Shown: positions 1 through 9,142 of the stretch, one piece after another
Layout: each line of letters starts with the position of its first letter
Numbering within the stretch: the stretch's first letter is position 1
Source of the DNA: a virus
IMG/VR virus record: IMGVR_UViG_3300024262_000018
Location: 32,001-96,000 of that record
DNA length: 64,000 nt
Strand: one strand, 5' to 3'
Program-made: the position numbers and the translations under genes
Notes under the pieces: model-generated
What the model was told of the DNA's origin: nothing
Databases searched by the model: none
Seen by the model: the letters and a program-made list of their open reading frames with translations, nothing else

Positions 1-146
1 AGCCATGCATGGGACTGCTCTGGGTCGTTTAATAATTTAATATTATCAGGAACTTGAATGCCTTGAGCGGCCAAATCAAGAATCTCTGCTTGAATCGCCT
101 CCAACTGGTCTAGCGTTCCTTGATTTTGATTTTGTGCTTTTTTCAT
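1..146 (-). CDS. hypothetical protein, N-terminal part (continues beyond left edge)
   Basis: ATG at 146 abutting stop of upstream ORF; reads MKKAQNQNQGTLDQLEAIQAEIL, open to window edge. Confidence 0.7.
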   Translation of the reverse strand, partial: MKKAQNQNQGTLDQLEAIQAEILDLAAQGIQVPDNIKLLNDPEQSHAW

Positions 147-809
147 TTATTTACTATCTTTCATTAAATCATTAAATAGTCTGTTTACAACGTCTTTACT
201 CTTAAATGTTCCTTTGTTATTTCTCCAACTGGTATCCGCTTCTTTTTCTGCTCTGACATTATCTGCCATTATTTCGCCTGCCGTTTTTTCTGGCATATTA
301 TCAAAGACATTACTATCGAAAATACTTAAATTATTACTGACAGGTTTTCTATAATTTACAGATTCCCTCTCGCTAAGACTGCTTACATCTGAAGCCTTTC
401 TTGTATCTGTCTGCGATAAAGCTTCCGTCATATTGTCTAACGATTCTTGACGAACACTTTTTCTCATAGCCTGTCTATTTTCTTTCTCCGCATCTGTTTT
501 TTCTTTATTACTTAGTGTCCCTGACAATTTCTCTACGACATCTGTATCCCAAATGCTATTTTGAGTTTCTGATCCAATATATTTTCTAGGTCCACCTTCG
601 TCTCTAATAGACCCACCACCTGCATTTAATACAGAATTTGCCGACCTAACAGAATTAATAACTTCTGAATTATCCAATTTTTTAGATTTTTGGTCTTCAA
701 AAGTGTTTGTGTTTTTTGGTAAATTACCTTTAGCGGCTTCAACAGGAGCTACATCAGTTTCTTTTTTTGTAAACTGTATTTTTCCTTGATCTGACATTTT
801 TTGTATCAT
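147..809 (-). CDS. hypothetical protein (virion module)
   Basis: 220 aa ORF, tightly packed in minus-strand operon. Confidence 0.6.
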   Translation of the reverse strand: MIQKMSDQGKIQFTKKETDVAPVEAAKGNLPKNTNTFEDQKSKKLDNSEVINSVRSANSVLNAGGGSIRDEGGPRKYIGSETQNSIWDTDVVEKLSGTLSNKEKTDAEKENRQAMRKSVRQESLDNMTEALSQTDTRKASDVSSLSERESVNYRKPVSNNLSIFDSNVFDNMPEKTAGEIMADNVRAEKEADTSWRNNKGTFKSKDVVNRLFNDLMKDSK

Positions 810-814
810 TATTA

Positions 815-1465
815 TTATTTTCCCTTCAAAATAGAAAGCATTGTCTGAAAAAGATCTTCTTTATTATGCTTTAGAAGTTCATTTATCGTTGAGGCTTTCT
901 TATTCTTTTTTTGTTTGGATGGACCTTCTCCACCACCATATACATCGTCTAAAACATCTCCTGCCATAACCTCTTCTTCGTTCTCATCTTTTTGAGTTTG
1001 AGAAGTAAAATTCATTTTCAAATTTTTATCTTTTCTCTCGGCATCAACAAAATTTAGCTGGAACTGGTCTTGCATCTCTTTTACTATAGAAGCTACATCT
1101 TTATCTGCTAGTCTTTTTCTTTTTGCATAGTACCTATCAGGTAAAGTTATAGAAAGTTCGCGAATACCACCTGGATAAAGTTTTTCATCCACAAACTTAT
1201 TCTCAAACTGTTCTAGACGACGAGGTGGATACCCAAAGCTCTCTAATTTCTTAAAGATATATTCGGTGATATCTGGTGAAGAACCCCCATCGTTGTCCTC
1301 TTTATTATCAAAAAGACCTTTAGGTAGAAAAGAACCGGACGCATCATCTGTCGATGACATCGGCTTATCCATGTTCATATTCTCTAATTGGGGATTAAAT
1401 GCTGGTTGCTGACCGAAAGCCTGAGCAACCATCAATTTTCTTGTCCCGCTAGGTACAATAGCCAT
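815..1465 (-). CDS. hypothetical protein (virion module)
   Basis: 216 aa ORF, AAGGAG SD upstream. Confidence 0.65.
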   Translation of the reverse strand: MAIVPSGTRKLMVAQAFGQQPAFNPQLENMNMDKPMSSTDDASGSFLPKGLFDNKEDNDGGSSPDITEYIFKKLESFGYPPRRLEQFENKFVDEKLYPGGIRELSITLPDRYYAKRKRLADKDVASIVKEMQDQFQLNFVDAERKDKNLKMNFTSQTQKDENEEEVMAGDVLDDVYGGGEGPSKQKKNKKASTINELLKHNKEDLFQTMLSILKGK

Positions 1466-1496
1466 ATCCAGCTCCTTATTATTCTATAAAATCAGC

Positions 1497-2009
1497 TTAC
1501 TGATCAGTCAACATAGCTTCAACGAACTCTGCCGGATACAGGTTGCTCCAGTAAGACTTCAACATCGTCCTTGTTTTGGCATCTAGCTTAGCGACCTTAA
1601 CATAGACTGGGGAAGTTTTAGCCTCTGTTTTCTTGTTCTCACAAGTAACAGCAGAAGGCTTTACACTTTCACCCTTCTGATGATTAGGCTCGCCCTTAAG
1701 CTGACCGCTTGTAGCAGCTTCGCCAGCCGAACCTTTTGCTTTAGTAGCAGTTGGTTTGGCCTTCTTTTCTTCTGCCTCTTCCTCTTCCGTCTCTTCTGCT
1801 ACTTTTACAGTCTTTTTGCCTGACGCCTCTACAGTTTCGTCTTCGACTTCTTCAACGTCATCGTCAGTTTCGTCGTCAGCATCTTCGATGGCGGCGGTTT
1901 TAACGACCTCATCTTTAGCAGCGGTTTTACTCATCTTCTCGTTAACGAGATCAGCAAAACTCTTTCCTTTTCCTACTTTAACTGTGTTTGTCATAAACTT
2001 AATAGCCAT
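1497..2009 (-). CDS. acidic low-complexity protein, possibly head/scaffold-associated
   Basis: 170 aa, D/E tracts, AAGGAG SD; C-terminal YWSNLYPAEFVEAML resembles YWTVLEPKSYVELMV in ORF 6413..6985. Confidence 0.6.
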   Translation of the reverse strand: MAIKFMTNTVKVGKGKSFADLVNEKMSKTAAKDEVVKTAAIEDADDETDDDVEEVEDETVEASGKKTVKVAEETEEEEAEEKKAKPTATKAKGSAGEAATSGQLKGEPNHQKGESVKPSAVTCENKKTEAKTSPVYVKVAKLDAKTRTMLKSYWSNLYPAEFVEAMLTDQ

Positions 2010-2107
2010 TCTTTAACTCCTTATGTATTTTTTGAAATACAGTCCTATTCTAAGTAATAATATATTCTTATCGAAAATCCTTTTATTTTTATTTATTTAT
2101 TCCGAAA

Positions 2108-3730
2108 TTATTGTGGGGTTCCTATTATTCCGCTGCCGGGAACCGCTTCTCCTGCCGCCCCTTGTTGATCATAATATCCCATCATTGGCTTTTTGCTCTG
2201 AACTTTTGCTTGAGCGGCCTCAATCTGAGCCATAACTCCTTCTATCGATTGGACCATTTGGTGAACTTTTCTAATAGCGTTGACTTTGCTCATAAATGAT
2301 TTTTTTAAGTTGTCAGGCAAACTATTAGACATTTTTAATGCTTTATTGGCAAAAGCGTCTAATAATTGTATAGCCTGGTCCATTCCCATTTGTTCCTCTG
2401 CTTGAGGGGCAGGTTGCGCTGCCGCTGGTTGTAAGCCTAGCACTGATTCGAAAGCAGTGCTAAACCATTGATTAAATTTGGGACCAAATTTATTCGCAAC
2501 AGCAGCCATAATTTGAGGAACCATCTGCGGGCTTATCTCAGGAAGAGTTTGTTGTGGAGTTTGTTGTGGATCTTGTTGGACTGCACCTACTTGAGACATT
2601 TTATAATTTTTAAGATTATAAGATGCTGATCTGGCTGGCTGTAGTGTACTTATGAACCACTGTCTTGCGGCTGCAAGGCCGTCAGGATTGCTCATAATAT
2701 TATTAACAATCTCAGATAGCTTAGACTCGTCAGCAGATTGGATTACTTCCATGATATCCTGCTGTTGCCCTTGTTGCCCAGGCTGTTGTTCTGTTTGCTG
2801 TTGAGTCTCTTCTTCTGCTTTTTGTTCAACCAAGCCTTCTTGCTGCAATAAGGCATCTAAAGCAGCCGTTGCTTGAGTAGCAATTTGAACTGCTTGATTC
2901 GCTTCCTTAACCGTTAAGAAAGCATTACGGAATGTAAGTAAAGATTTTTCGGCCTGCGTAACGAATGGTCTGATAGCCCGCGAGCCAAGACCGCTCCATT
3001 GCTGTAATTTATTTAGATTATTTACGATACTCTGAAAGAGATTTCCAATATTTCTGGTTTGCTTTAAGGCTTCTTGAGGATTGCTAATAACTTCTTGTAG
3101 ACGTTGTTTAATTAAATTTGCATCTTCCTTAAAGATATTTAAACTTTGCTTATAAAACTCATTTTTCCCCATAAGACCGCCCCAAAAACCAGCCTCTTTA
3201 ATAAGATTATGCGAAATAATCAGCAACTCATTAGATGCTTTTTTATCCATCTTTACTAATTTGGCGGATATTTTTAGAAGATCATCTGCTTTTTCGATCA
3301 AAGCGGTCGTTAACTTATAGCGTTCATTCGCGTCTATAGTAGAAAAAGCTTCAGTAACTGTCGCTCCAGATTTAACCAAATCAACTATTTTATCTGATAA
3401 TTCTTTATTTGCGGTTTTAACTATTGGAGTATCTATATCTGCGTATTTATCCCAACTGCTATCATTATCGTTAATAGACTTATTATACTCTTCCCAGCAA
3501 GAAAGAACGATATCTTGAGCAGACGTACCAGGCTTTTTAACCCTATTTTCACGGTAACATTTTTCCCAACAACGGGAGTTACGAATAGCGTACCCAAGCC
3601 CGCCTTCAAATTGGGCTTTGACAATTTTGTTTATAGACTTAGCAGTCTTATCTATCTGATCTGCATATGATTCCAGGCCAGACTTGTCTAATCTTTCAGA
3701 TAAATTAGCTAGAGCTTTAATTGTTTCCAT
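2108..3730 (-). CDS. large Gln-rich helical protein, putative internal head protein
   Basis: 540 aa, Q-rich linkers, position in packaging module; function inferred. Confidence 0.5.
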   Translation of the reverse strand: METIKALANLSERLDKSGLESYADQIDKTAKSINKIVKAQFEGGLGYAIRNSRCWEKCYRENRVKKPGTSAQDIVLSCWEEYNKSINDNDSSWDKYADIDTPIVKTANKELSDKIVDLVKSGATVTEAFSTIDANERYKLTTALIEKADDLLKISAKLVKMDKKASNELLIISHNLIKEAGFWGGLMGKNEFYKQSLNIFKEDANLIKQRLQEVISNPQEALKQTRNIGNLFQSIVNNLNKLQQWSGLGSRAIRPFVTQAEKSLLTFRNAFLTVKEANQAVQIATQATAALDALLQQEGLVEQKAEEETQQQTEQQPGQQGQQQDIMEVIQSADESKLSEIVNNIMSNPDGLAAARQWFISTLQPARSASYNLKNYKMSQVGAVQQDPQQTPQQTLPEISPQMVPQIMAAVANKFGPKFNQWFSTAFESVLGLQPAAAQPAPQAEEQMGMDQAIQLLDAFANKALKMSNSLPDNLKKSFMSKVNAIRKVHQMVQSIEGVMAQIEAAQAKVQSKKPMMGYYDQQGAAGEAVPGSGIIGTPQ

Positions 3731-3743
3731 TGGACAGTCCTTA

Positions 3744-4337
3744 TTAAATATATTTATTTCTTAACTTTCTATTTTTTCTACGTCTTAACCTTCTTTTCAA
3801 ATTTTTTCTTCCTTTAGAAAAATTAAATTTGGGCGAAAATTTTTCACCAGTGAACTTATATCCATCCGGAAAATTAGCATCGTGTGTTATATTTTCTAAG
3901 ATATATGTTCTTATTCCTCCAATAGTTTGATCCCAAACTGCAATATTTCTTCTATGGGTAGTCTTCGCATAAAAATCTCCATGTGGCTCGACATCTCTTA
4001 TAATATTAGTTCCATGTAATGTTCTATAATTAATTCTTATTGTTTCATTATTCTGTTTTGCCCAGCGTATTGCTTGGAACAGTGTTCCGAATTCAGGATA
4101 TCCTTCAGGTTCTATGGCGGTCGGATCTTCATTAAGAGTTTCATCTTCCTCTATTTCATTTTCCTGCATCTCCTCCAGATTCTCTGGAGTAATTGTCATT
4201 AATTCTTCATTCATTGTCTCATCTAATTCGTTATTGATATCTAACATATCATCATAAGTATCATCTAAATTAAAATAATTCTCTACCTGTTGAGAGATGA
4301 TAAATTTATTCAAATTTTTACTTATAATTTTTTTCAT
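3744..4337 (-). CDS. WYL-domain protein
   Basis: IRINYRTLHGTNIIRDVEPH...AVWDQTIGGIRTYILENI fits the WYL pattern; acidic N-terminus, basic tail. Confidence 0.75.
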   Translation of the reverse strand: MKKIISKNLNKFIISQQVENYFNLDDTYDDMLDINNELDETMNEELMTITPENLEEMQENEIEEDETLNEDPTAIEPEGYPEFGTLFQAIRWAKQNNETIRINYRTLHGTNIIRDVEPHGDFYAKTTHRRNIAVWDQTIGGIRTYILENITHDANFPDGYKFTGEKFSPKFNFSKGRKNLKRRLRRRKNRKLRNKYI

Positions 4338-4692
4338 TTTTTATAAACTTAACTGAAAAATTACCATCATCTTCCTTTAATTCTATGACATCTCCAACTT
4401 TTATTTCATTATCTCTGAAAAAACCATCATTAGCTTCAATTGCGATAACGGACTTATCATCGCTAGAAACTCCGGAGAAAGACATCTTTTTTATTCTATC
4501 AATTTTTATTATTCTATTATTTTCATTAACAAATGCTATATCTAAAGGAATATAAGTATTCATCCCCCAAAACTTTAAAACTTGAGGGTTATCAAATTTA
4601 AAAAGCATACCAGCATTCTTGGGCAAATGTTCTCTAAACATTAGCCCTTGTCGCCACAAATCAGGAGTATCCGCTATCTCTACATATAACAT
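4318..4692 (-). CDS. DUF192 family protein
   Basis: VEIADTP...QGLMFREHLPKNAGMLFKF...FWGMNTYIPLDIAFV signature. Confidence 0.9.
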   Translation of the reverse strand: MLYVEIADTPDLWRQGLMFREHLPKNAGMLFKFDNPQVLKFWGMNTYIPLDIAFVNENNRIIKIDRIKKMSFSGVSSDDKSVIAIEANDGFFRDNEIKVGDVIELKEDDGNFSVKFIKNEKNYK

Positions 4693-5198
4693 TATATTAT
4701 CTCATAAACCAAACGGTCATCATTTAACGAATCACAAAAACTCTGTATATCATTTCTTTTACCTTCAAAAATTATATTATCTTCAAAATCTTCTCTAATC
4801 TCTACTGATGAGTTATTATAATTTTTATAAGTGTCAAACCACTTATTAAGATTAATAATTGTCGGGTTATCGAACTTACCTCTCACCACTTCTGGATACA
4901 ATCTATATTTTGTTAAAACATTGCAATTATCATTTATTATTTTTTTAGATTGATAGTCAGAAATCCATTTTCTGTTTTTTGCGTTATGTTCTCGAACAAT
5001 TTTAACAGCATCATCTATAGATAGCGGGCCATCATCTGTCTCTATATACTCTTCTTTTCTAACAATAAATTTTAAGCCTATTCCCTCAAAAGTTAATAAA
5101 GATTTATAAAATGGATCATACCAAGTTATATCATCTTTATTCTTTTTGGGTTTTATAGGCTTTTGTTTATGTACTAAAATAAGAACCTTATTTTCCAT
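4692..5198 (-). CDS. hypothetical protein
   Basis: 168 aa ORF coupled to neighbours. Confidence 0.55.
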   Translation of the reverse strand: MENKVLILVHKQKPIKPKKNKDDITWYDPFYKSLLTFEGIGLKFIVRKEEYIETDDGPLSIDDAVKIVREHNAKNRKWISDYQSKKIINDNCNVLTKYRLYPEVVRGKFDNPTIINLNKWFDTYKNYNNSSVEIREDFEDNIIFEGKRNDIQSFCDSLNDDRLVYEII

Positions 5199-5613
5199 CT
5201 ATATTTTTCCACCACAGGTTGTCTGTTTTTTTATTTTTCTTTTTTAACCGTTTTGTATTCTTAGAAGCAGTTGTATAATCCAGATCTCTGCCGTCTTCAT
5301 ACGAAGACCGATCATCTCCCAATATCATAGTTTTTATGATATTAGAGCCCTTATTTGTTATTTTGAAGCCATTAGCAGCACGCTGCATGAGCCCATATGA
5401 AATGAGACTATCGAGGTCACCTTGAGAGATATTTTTTGGTTGTTTATAAACTTTATTACCAATTTTATTATTCGGATTTTTCCAAATATTATATAGAACC
5501 TGAACGGATTTCGGGTCTAGAATGTCGTTTCTGGGTTTAAAATCTTGAGGCAAGATTTTAGTTAAAAAATCTACTAATGAAAATTGTGTAAACTTGCGCA
5601 TGATTATCTCCAA
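5188..5613 (-). CDS. hypothetical protein, possible winged helix
   Basis: LDSLISYGLMQRAANGFKITNKG resembles a wHTH wing. Confidence 0.45.
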   Translation of the reverse strand: MEIIMRKFTQFSLVDFLTKILPQDFKPRNDILDPKSVQVLYNIWKNPNNKIGNKVYKQPKNISQGDLDSLISYGLMQRAANGFKITNKGSNIIKTMILGDDRSSYEDGRDLDYTTASKNTKRLKKKNKKTDNLWWKNIDGK

Positions 5614-6416
5614 GTCCCAGGATTTAATTGAGGATACGGACTATCCTCATACCTATCCTTCCAAGAAAAAGGTTCATTTCTTAATTCTCTCCAATAAAAG
5701 CCTTCTCCGACTTTACCGGATTTGTTATAAGTATCATACCCCATCAAATATCTCTGTTGCATCCTCTTATCTCTGTCTCTTCCATAAGTTTCTCCAGAAA
5801 CCTCATCCCAATTAAAAACGCGTTCTTCCATAGGGAGGTCTAAGTTCCCCCACGGCCCCTGAATTCCCTTTGCAACTTTAATTACAACATTATCAATCTT
5901 ATCTTTTCCATCTAATAGTAGAGAGAGAAGAGACGCAATATATTCTATTTTTTTATTTGATCTATAAATCCAATCTAGAGCTATTCTATAATTCGATATA
6001 CAATTCATTATCTCATACGAAAAATGTAATATATCTTTGTCAAAAACTTTTCTAAAGATAGAGCAGATATCGTGTTTCTTTATAAATTCCTTATAATCTT
6101 GACAATAATCCAATAATTTTATAAGATCCCAAATGCCGTATAATGCATCTATGGCGATGTTCAAGTTTTTATCGTTGATAACTACGCTATTCCCCATCGA
6201 CACGGGTTTATTAAAGTTTAATAAGTTTGCTACTTCTAGGAGTAGATGTCTAATTATTTTAGTATTAGAGATATGATCTTTTTTTAATAGATATATCTTG
6301 CTGGTTATCTTAGACTTGAATTTCCGATTGCCAATAGAAAAAGAGCACTCGGTGTCGCCCATAACAGCAATACCATACTTATCAAGTTCTTTTATTAGCA
6401 ATTCCCTATTATTCAT
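5604..6416 (-). CDS. hypothetical protein
   Basis: 270 aa ORF overlapping neighbours. Confidence 0.6.
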   Translation of the reverse strand: MNNRELLIKELDKYGIAVMGDTECSFSIGNRKFKSKITSKIYLLKKDHISNTKIIRHLLLEVANLLNFNKPVSMGNSVVINDKNLNIAIDALYGIWDLIKLLDYCQDYKEFIKKHDICSIFRKVFDKDILHFSYEIMNCISNYRIALDWIYRSNKKIEYIASLLSLLLDGKDKIDNVVIKVAKGIQGPWGNLDLPMEERVFNWDEVSGETYGRDRDKRMQQRYLMGYDTYNKSGKVGEGFYWRELRNEPFSWKDRYEDSPYPQLNPGTWR

Positions 6417-6985
6417 TTGCTCTCTCTCACAGCCACAGTAATATGAAACTCATGCCCCTTATCCTCATATGTTTCGGGTAATCCGTAATTTTTTCTAATT
6501 TTGACTAATTCGGGAATATCTACTGCAACGAACCAGACCCGGCTCATTTCGTCCCATCCTTGAGGATTGGTAGAGTATACCTCTTTAAAAGTAAAAGGTA
6601 TTTCTCTGCCAATTTCTTTTATTTTTTTTATCTTGTTATCCTCTATTTCGTCTTTCGTTATTGCGCTTATATGAGCCCCTATTCCATCTTTATCAAAATA
6701 GGGAGGCTTTTTTATATTAGCATCATCTAGCAAAGGAAATATTCCATCGATAAAATCATCATCGATTTTAACATAGACAAATCCATCGTCTTGTTGTTTT
6801 AAAACTCCAAACAGCTTGACCTCTTTATTCTGTTTACTAGCTTTTTTGATCTGCTCTTTTATTGACTGGGCCACCATCAGCTCAACGTAGCTTTTTGGTT
6901 CCAAGACCGTCCAATATCTTTTAAGAAACTTTTTATTTTTTGTTTCTTTTTTCTTTTTTTTATTTTTAGAAAATATTATTTTCAT
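6413..6985 (-). CDS. 2H phosphoesterase family protein
   Basis: two Hx(S/T) motifs: GAHISAI and FHITVAV. Confidence 0.8.
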   Translation of the reverse strand: MKIIFSKNKKKKKETKNKKFLKRYWTVLEPKSYVELMVAQSIKEQIKKASKQNKEVKLFGVLKQQDDGFVYVKIDDDFIDGIFPLLDDANIKKPPYFDKDGIGAHISAITKDEIEDNKIKKIKEIGREIPFTFKEVYSTNPQGWDEMSRVWFVAVDIPELVKIRKNYGLPETYEDKGHEFHITVAVRESK

Positions 6986-7783
6986 TTACTGTGTTTCTTT
7001 TAAGGGTAAACGTGACGATGCTCTTTCTCTATCTTGTTCCACATCTACAAATGAAAGATCTCCTTCATCAACTAGGCTTCCCTCATTAGATAAAAATTCA
7101 TCTCCGATCATATTAGATAAATCTCTCTTTTTCCCAATAGGTTTAAGCCTTTTAGACTTGCTGAATTTCTTTGTTGTAGGGCTATTTATCGTAGGTATTT
7201 TCTTTTTAAAACTCTTTTTTAAAGCATCAGTAGTTTTGTCAATTTCCTTTTCAAAATCCACGGCCTCATCTTTTGACGATGATTGGACGGTCATATCTAC
7301 ACCGTTTAGATCTGACAAAACCTTTTTCATACTATCTTCTTTATTAATCATCTCTCCGCTTTCGGGATTCCATGCAGACATATTAGTCTTTGGTTCATTT
7401 AGACGATTTTCTTCCAAATCTATAGCTATTTCCGCCTCGTCTACTTCTTCAGCCTCTGGCTCAACTTCTGTTATTTTTTCTACAACATCTTCTTCTTTTG
7501 CTATCTTTTTCTTTCTTCCGCGCTTTTTTTTAACAGTTTCTTTTACTTCTACTACTTTTTCCGCCATCTCTTCTTTTTCCATTTCTACTACTTCCTCTAC
7601 GACTTCCTCTACCGGGCTATCGATTATTAGCGTTCCAGACCGAATAGCCATTCTGATATGCGGATTTTTTAACTGGTCATCACTTAAATGAATTACACTG
7701 TTGCTTGTTAACATTTTATGCTCAAGCGTTGGTAGAGTAAGTTCGCCTCTTAAATCCCTGTTAACTTTAAATTTCGTAGACAT
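6986..7783 (-). CDS. hypothetical charged protein
   Basis: 265 aa, E/K-rich, KKKRGRKKK, GGAG SD. Confidence 0.6.
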   Translation of the reverse strand: MSTKFKVNRDLRGELTLPTLEHKMLTSNSVIHLSDDQLKNPHIRMAIRSGTLIIDSPVEEVVEEVVEMEKEEMAEKVVEVKETVKKKRGRKKKIAKEEDVVEKITEVEPEAEEVDEAEIAIDLEENRLNEPKTNMSAWNPESGEMINKEDSMKKVLSDLNGVDMTVQSSSKDEAVDFEKEIDKTTDALKKSFKKKIPTINSPTTKKFSKSKRLKPIGKKRDLSNMIGDEFLSNEGSLVDEGDLSFVDVEQDRERASSRLPLKETQ

Positions 7784-7792
7784 ATTTTCTCC

Positions 7793-8251
7793 TTAATTTC
7801 TAAGCCTTCTTCTTATCTTATCGAAAAAATCAACAGTTTTGTTTACAGTAGATTGATTAAAAGGACCGATTGCCGTATTATCTCTATCATCTTGAATTTG
7901 TCTTTGAGTCTCTTGTGGCCTACCGATTGGGCTATCCGTGTCATACAGTCCGTCTCCAGACTGCATAGCAGGCTTCTCGTCATTTTGATCTGGATCTTCG
8001 CCATCAAAATCACCATTCCATTTATTACGAGTCGCATATTCTGGTTTAATAGATGATGTGGGAGGTTGACTAGTAGTATAATAGTCTACACCATAACCGC
8101 TTGTAGAATTATCTCCGGGCTTATTTAACTCCAAATCTATTCCACCGTCATGCAAACGATATGGATCTTTAAGAGCCTCATCTAAATCGTTCATCATGGG
8201 AATATTTCCGCGAAAAGATAATTTTATTTTTTTATAAAAATTAGCCATCAC
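7793..8251 (-). CDS. hypothetical protein
   Basis: 152 aa ORF in operon. Confidence 0.55.
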   Translation of the reverse strand: MMANFYKKIKLSFRGNIPMMNDLDEALKDPYRLHDGGIDLELNKPGDNSTSGYGVDYYTTSQPPTSSIKPEYATRNKWNGDFDGEDPDQNDEKPAMQSGDGLYDTDSPIGRPQETQRQIQDDRDNTAIGPFNQSTVNKTVDFFDKIRRRLRN

Positions 8252-8263
8252 TAGCCTTTATGA

Positions 8264-9067
8264 TTAGAATTTGTCGCCCAGAGCCTTATCTATAGCCCGA
8301 AGCTCCTCTAATTCTTCCTCTTTATCTTCCGCTGATAATTCATCCTGTTCAGATTTTAAATCCTGGTCTAGTCTCTGTGGATCGAAATCTTTAGTAGGAT
8401 CAAATTGTCCTAATATTCTTATTTTTCCAGAGTTGATGTCTAAAACTATCTGCTCCTCTTTCTTCGTTAATTCGCGGCGTTGATCAGAAGCCTTTCTAAA
8501 AATCGAATATAATAAGGCGTCAGCATCTTTTAATTGAGACAGAGTAGATGCTGCCATTTTATTAACTTTCTCAAACTCTTCTCTAGTCTTATAATTAGAT
8601 ACAAGTTGACTTTTACTATCATTGCTGACGATAACTGTCTTTTCTCCCAGCATTTGAGAACCAACTCCCTTATCCCAAAAACTAGTATCTCTTTCTTCCT
8701 TGTTATTCTCTGATTTAATTTTTTCTGCTAATTTATTATCATTTTCTATACTATAGTCCATTAGTGGGGTTTTATTCATCTTATCACTTCTAACATCCAT
8801 GCCATTAATAGGTTTAATGTCGCTTTTATTCATTTCTGCTTCAGTTATTCCCACATCATCCTTAGAAGTGCGAACATCTGCTAGTATAGACTCATAAAGA
8901 GCATCTCCGGCAGGATCTTTGTGACCGGCCTTAAGACGATAAGCATAACTACCAGAATCATCAATTGACTCTGTTCCAAATTCTTTATTTTTGTTAATAA
9001 TCTGTTTTTCTAAAGCGACAAGATCTTTCGAACTAGACATTTTTTTTAGATTAAATTTTTGAACCAT
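8264..9067 (-). CDS. hypothetical virion-module protein
   Basis: 267 aa, AGGAG SD, directly downstream of terminase. Confidence 0.6.
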   Translation of the reverse strand: MVQKFNLKKMSSSKDLVALEKQIINKNKEFGTESIDDSGSYAYRLKAGHKDPAGDALYESILADVRTSKDDVGITEAEMNKSDIKPINGMDVRSDKMNKTPLMDYSIENDNKLAEKIKSENNKEERDTSFWDKGVGSQMLGEKTVIVSNDSKSQLVSNYKTREEFEKVNKMAASTLSQLKDADALLYSIFRKASDQRRELTKKEEQIVLDINSGKIRILGQFDPTKDFDPQRLDQDLKSEQDELSAEDKEEELEELRAIDKALGDKF

Positions 9068-9142
9068 TACAATTCTCCTGCATTTAGTTAATTTAACTTA
9101 TACCATTCTCGCCAATTACCTTTTATTTTTTCATTTTAAAAT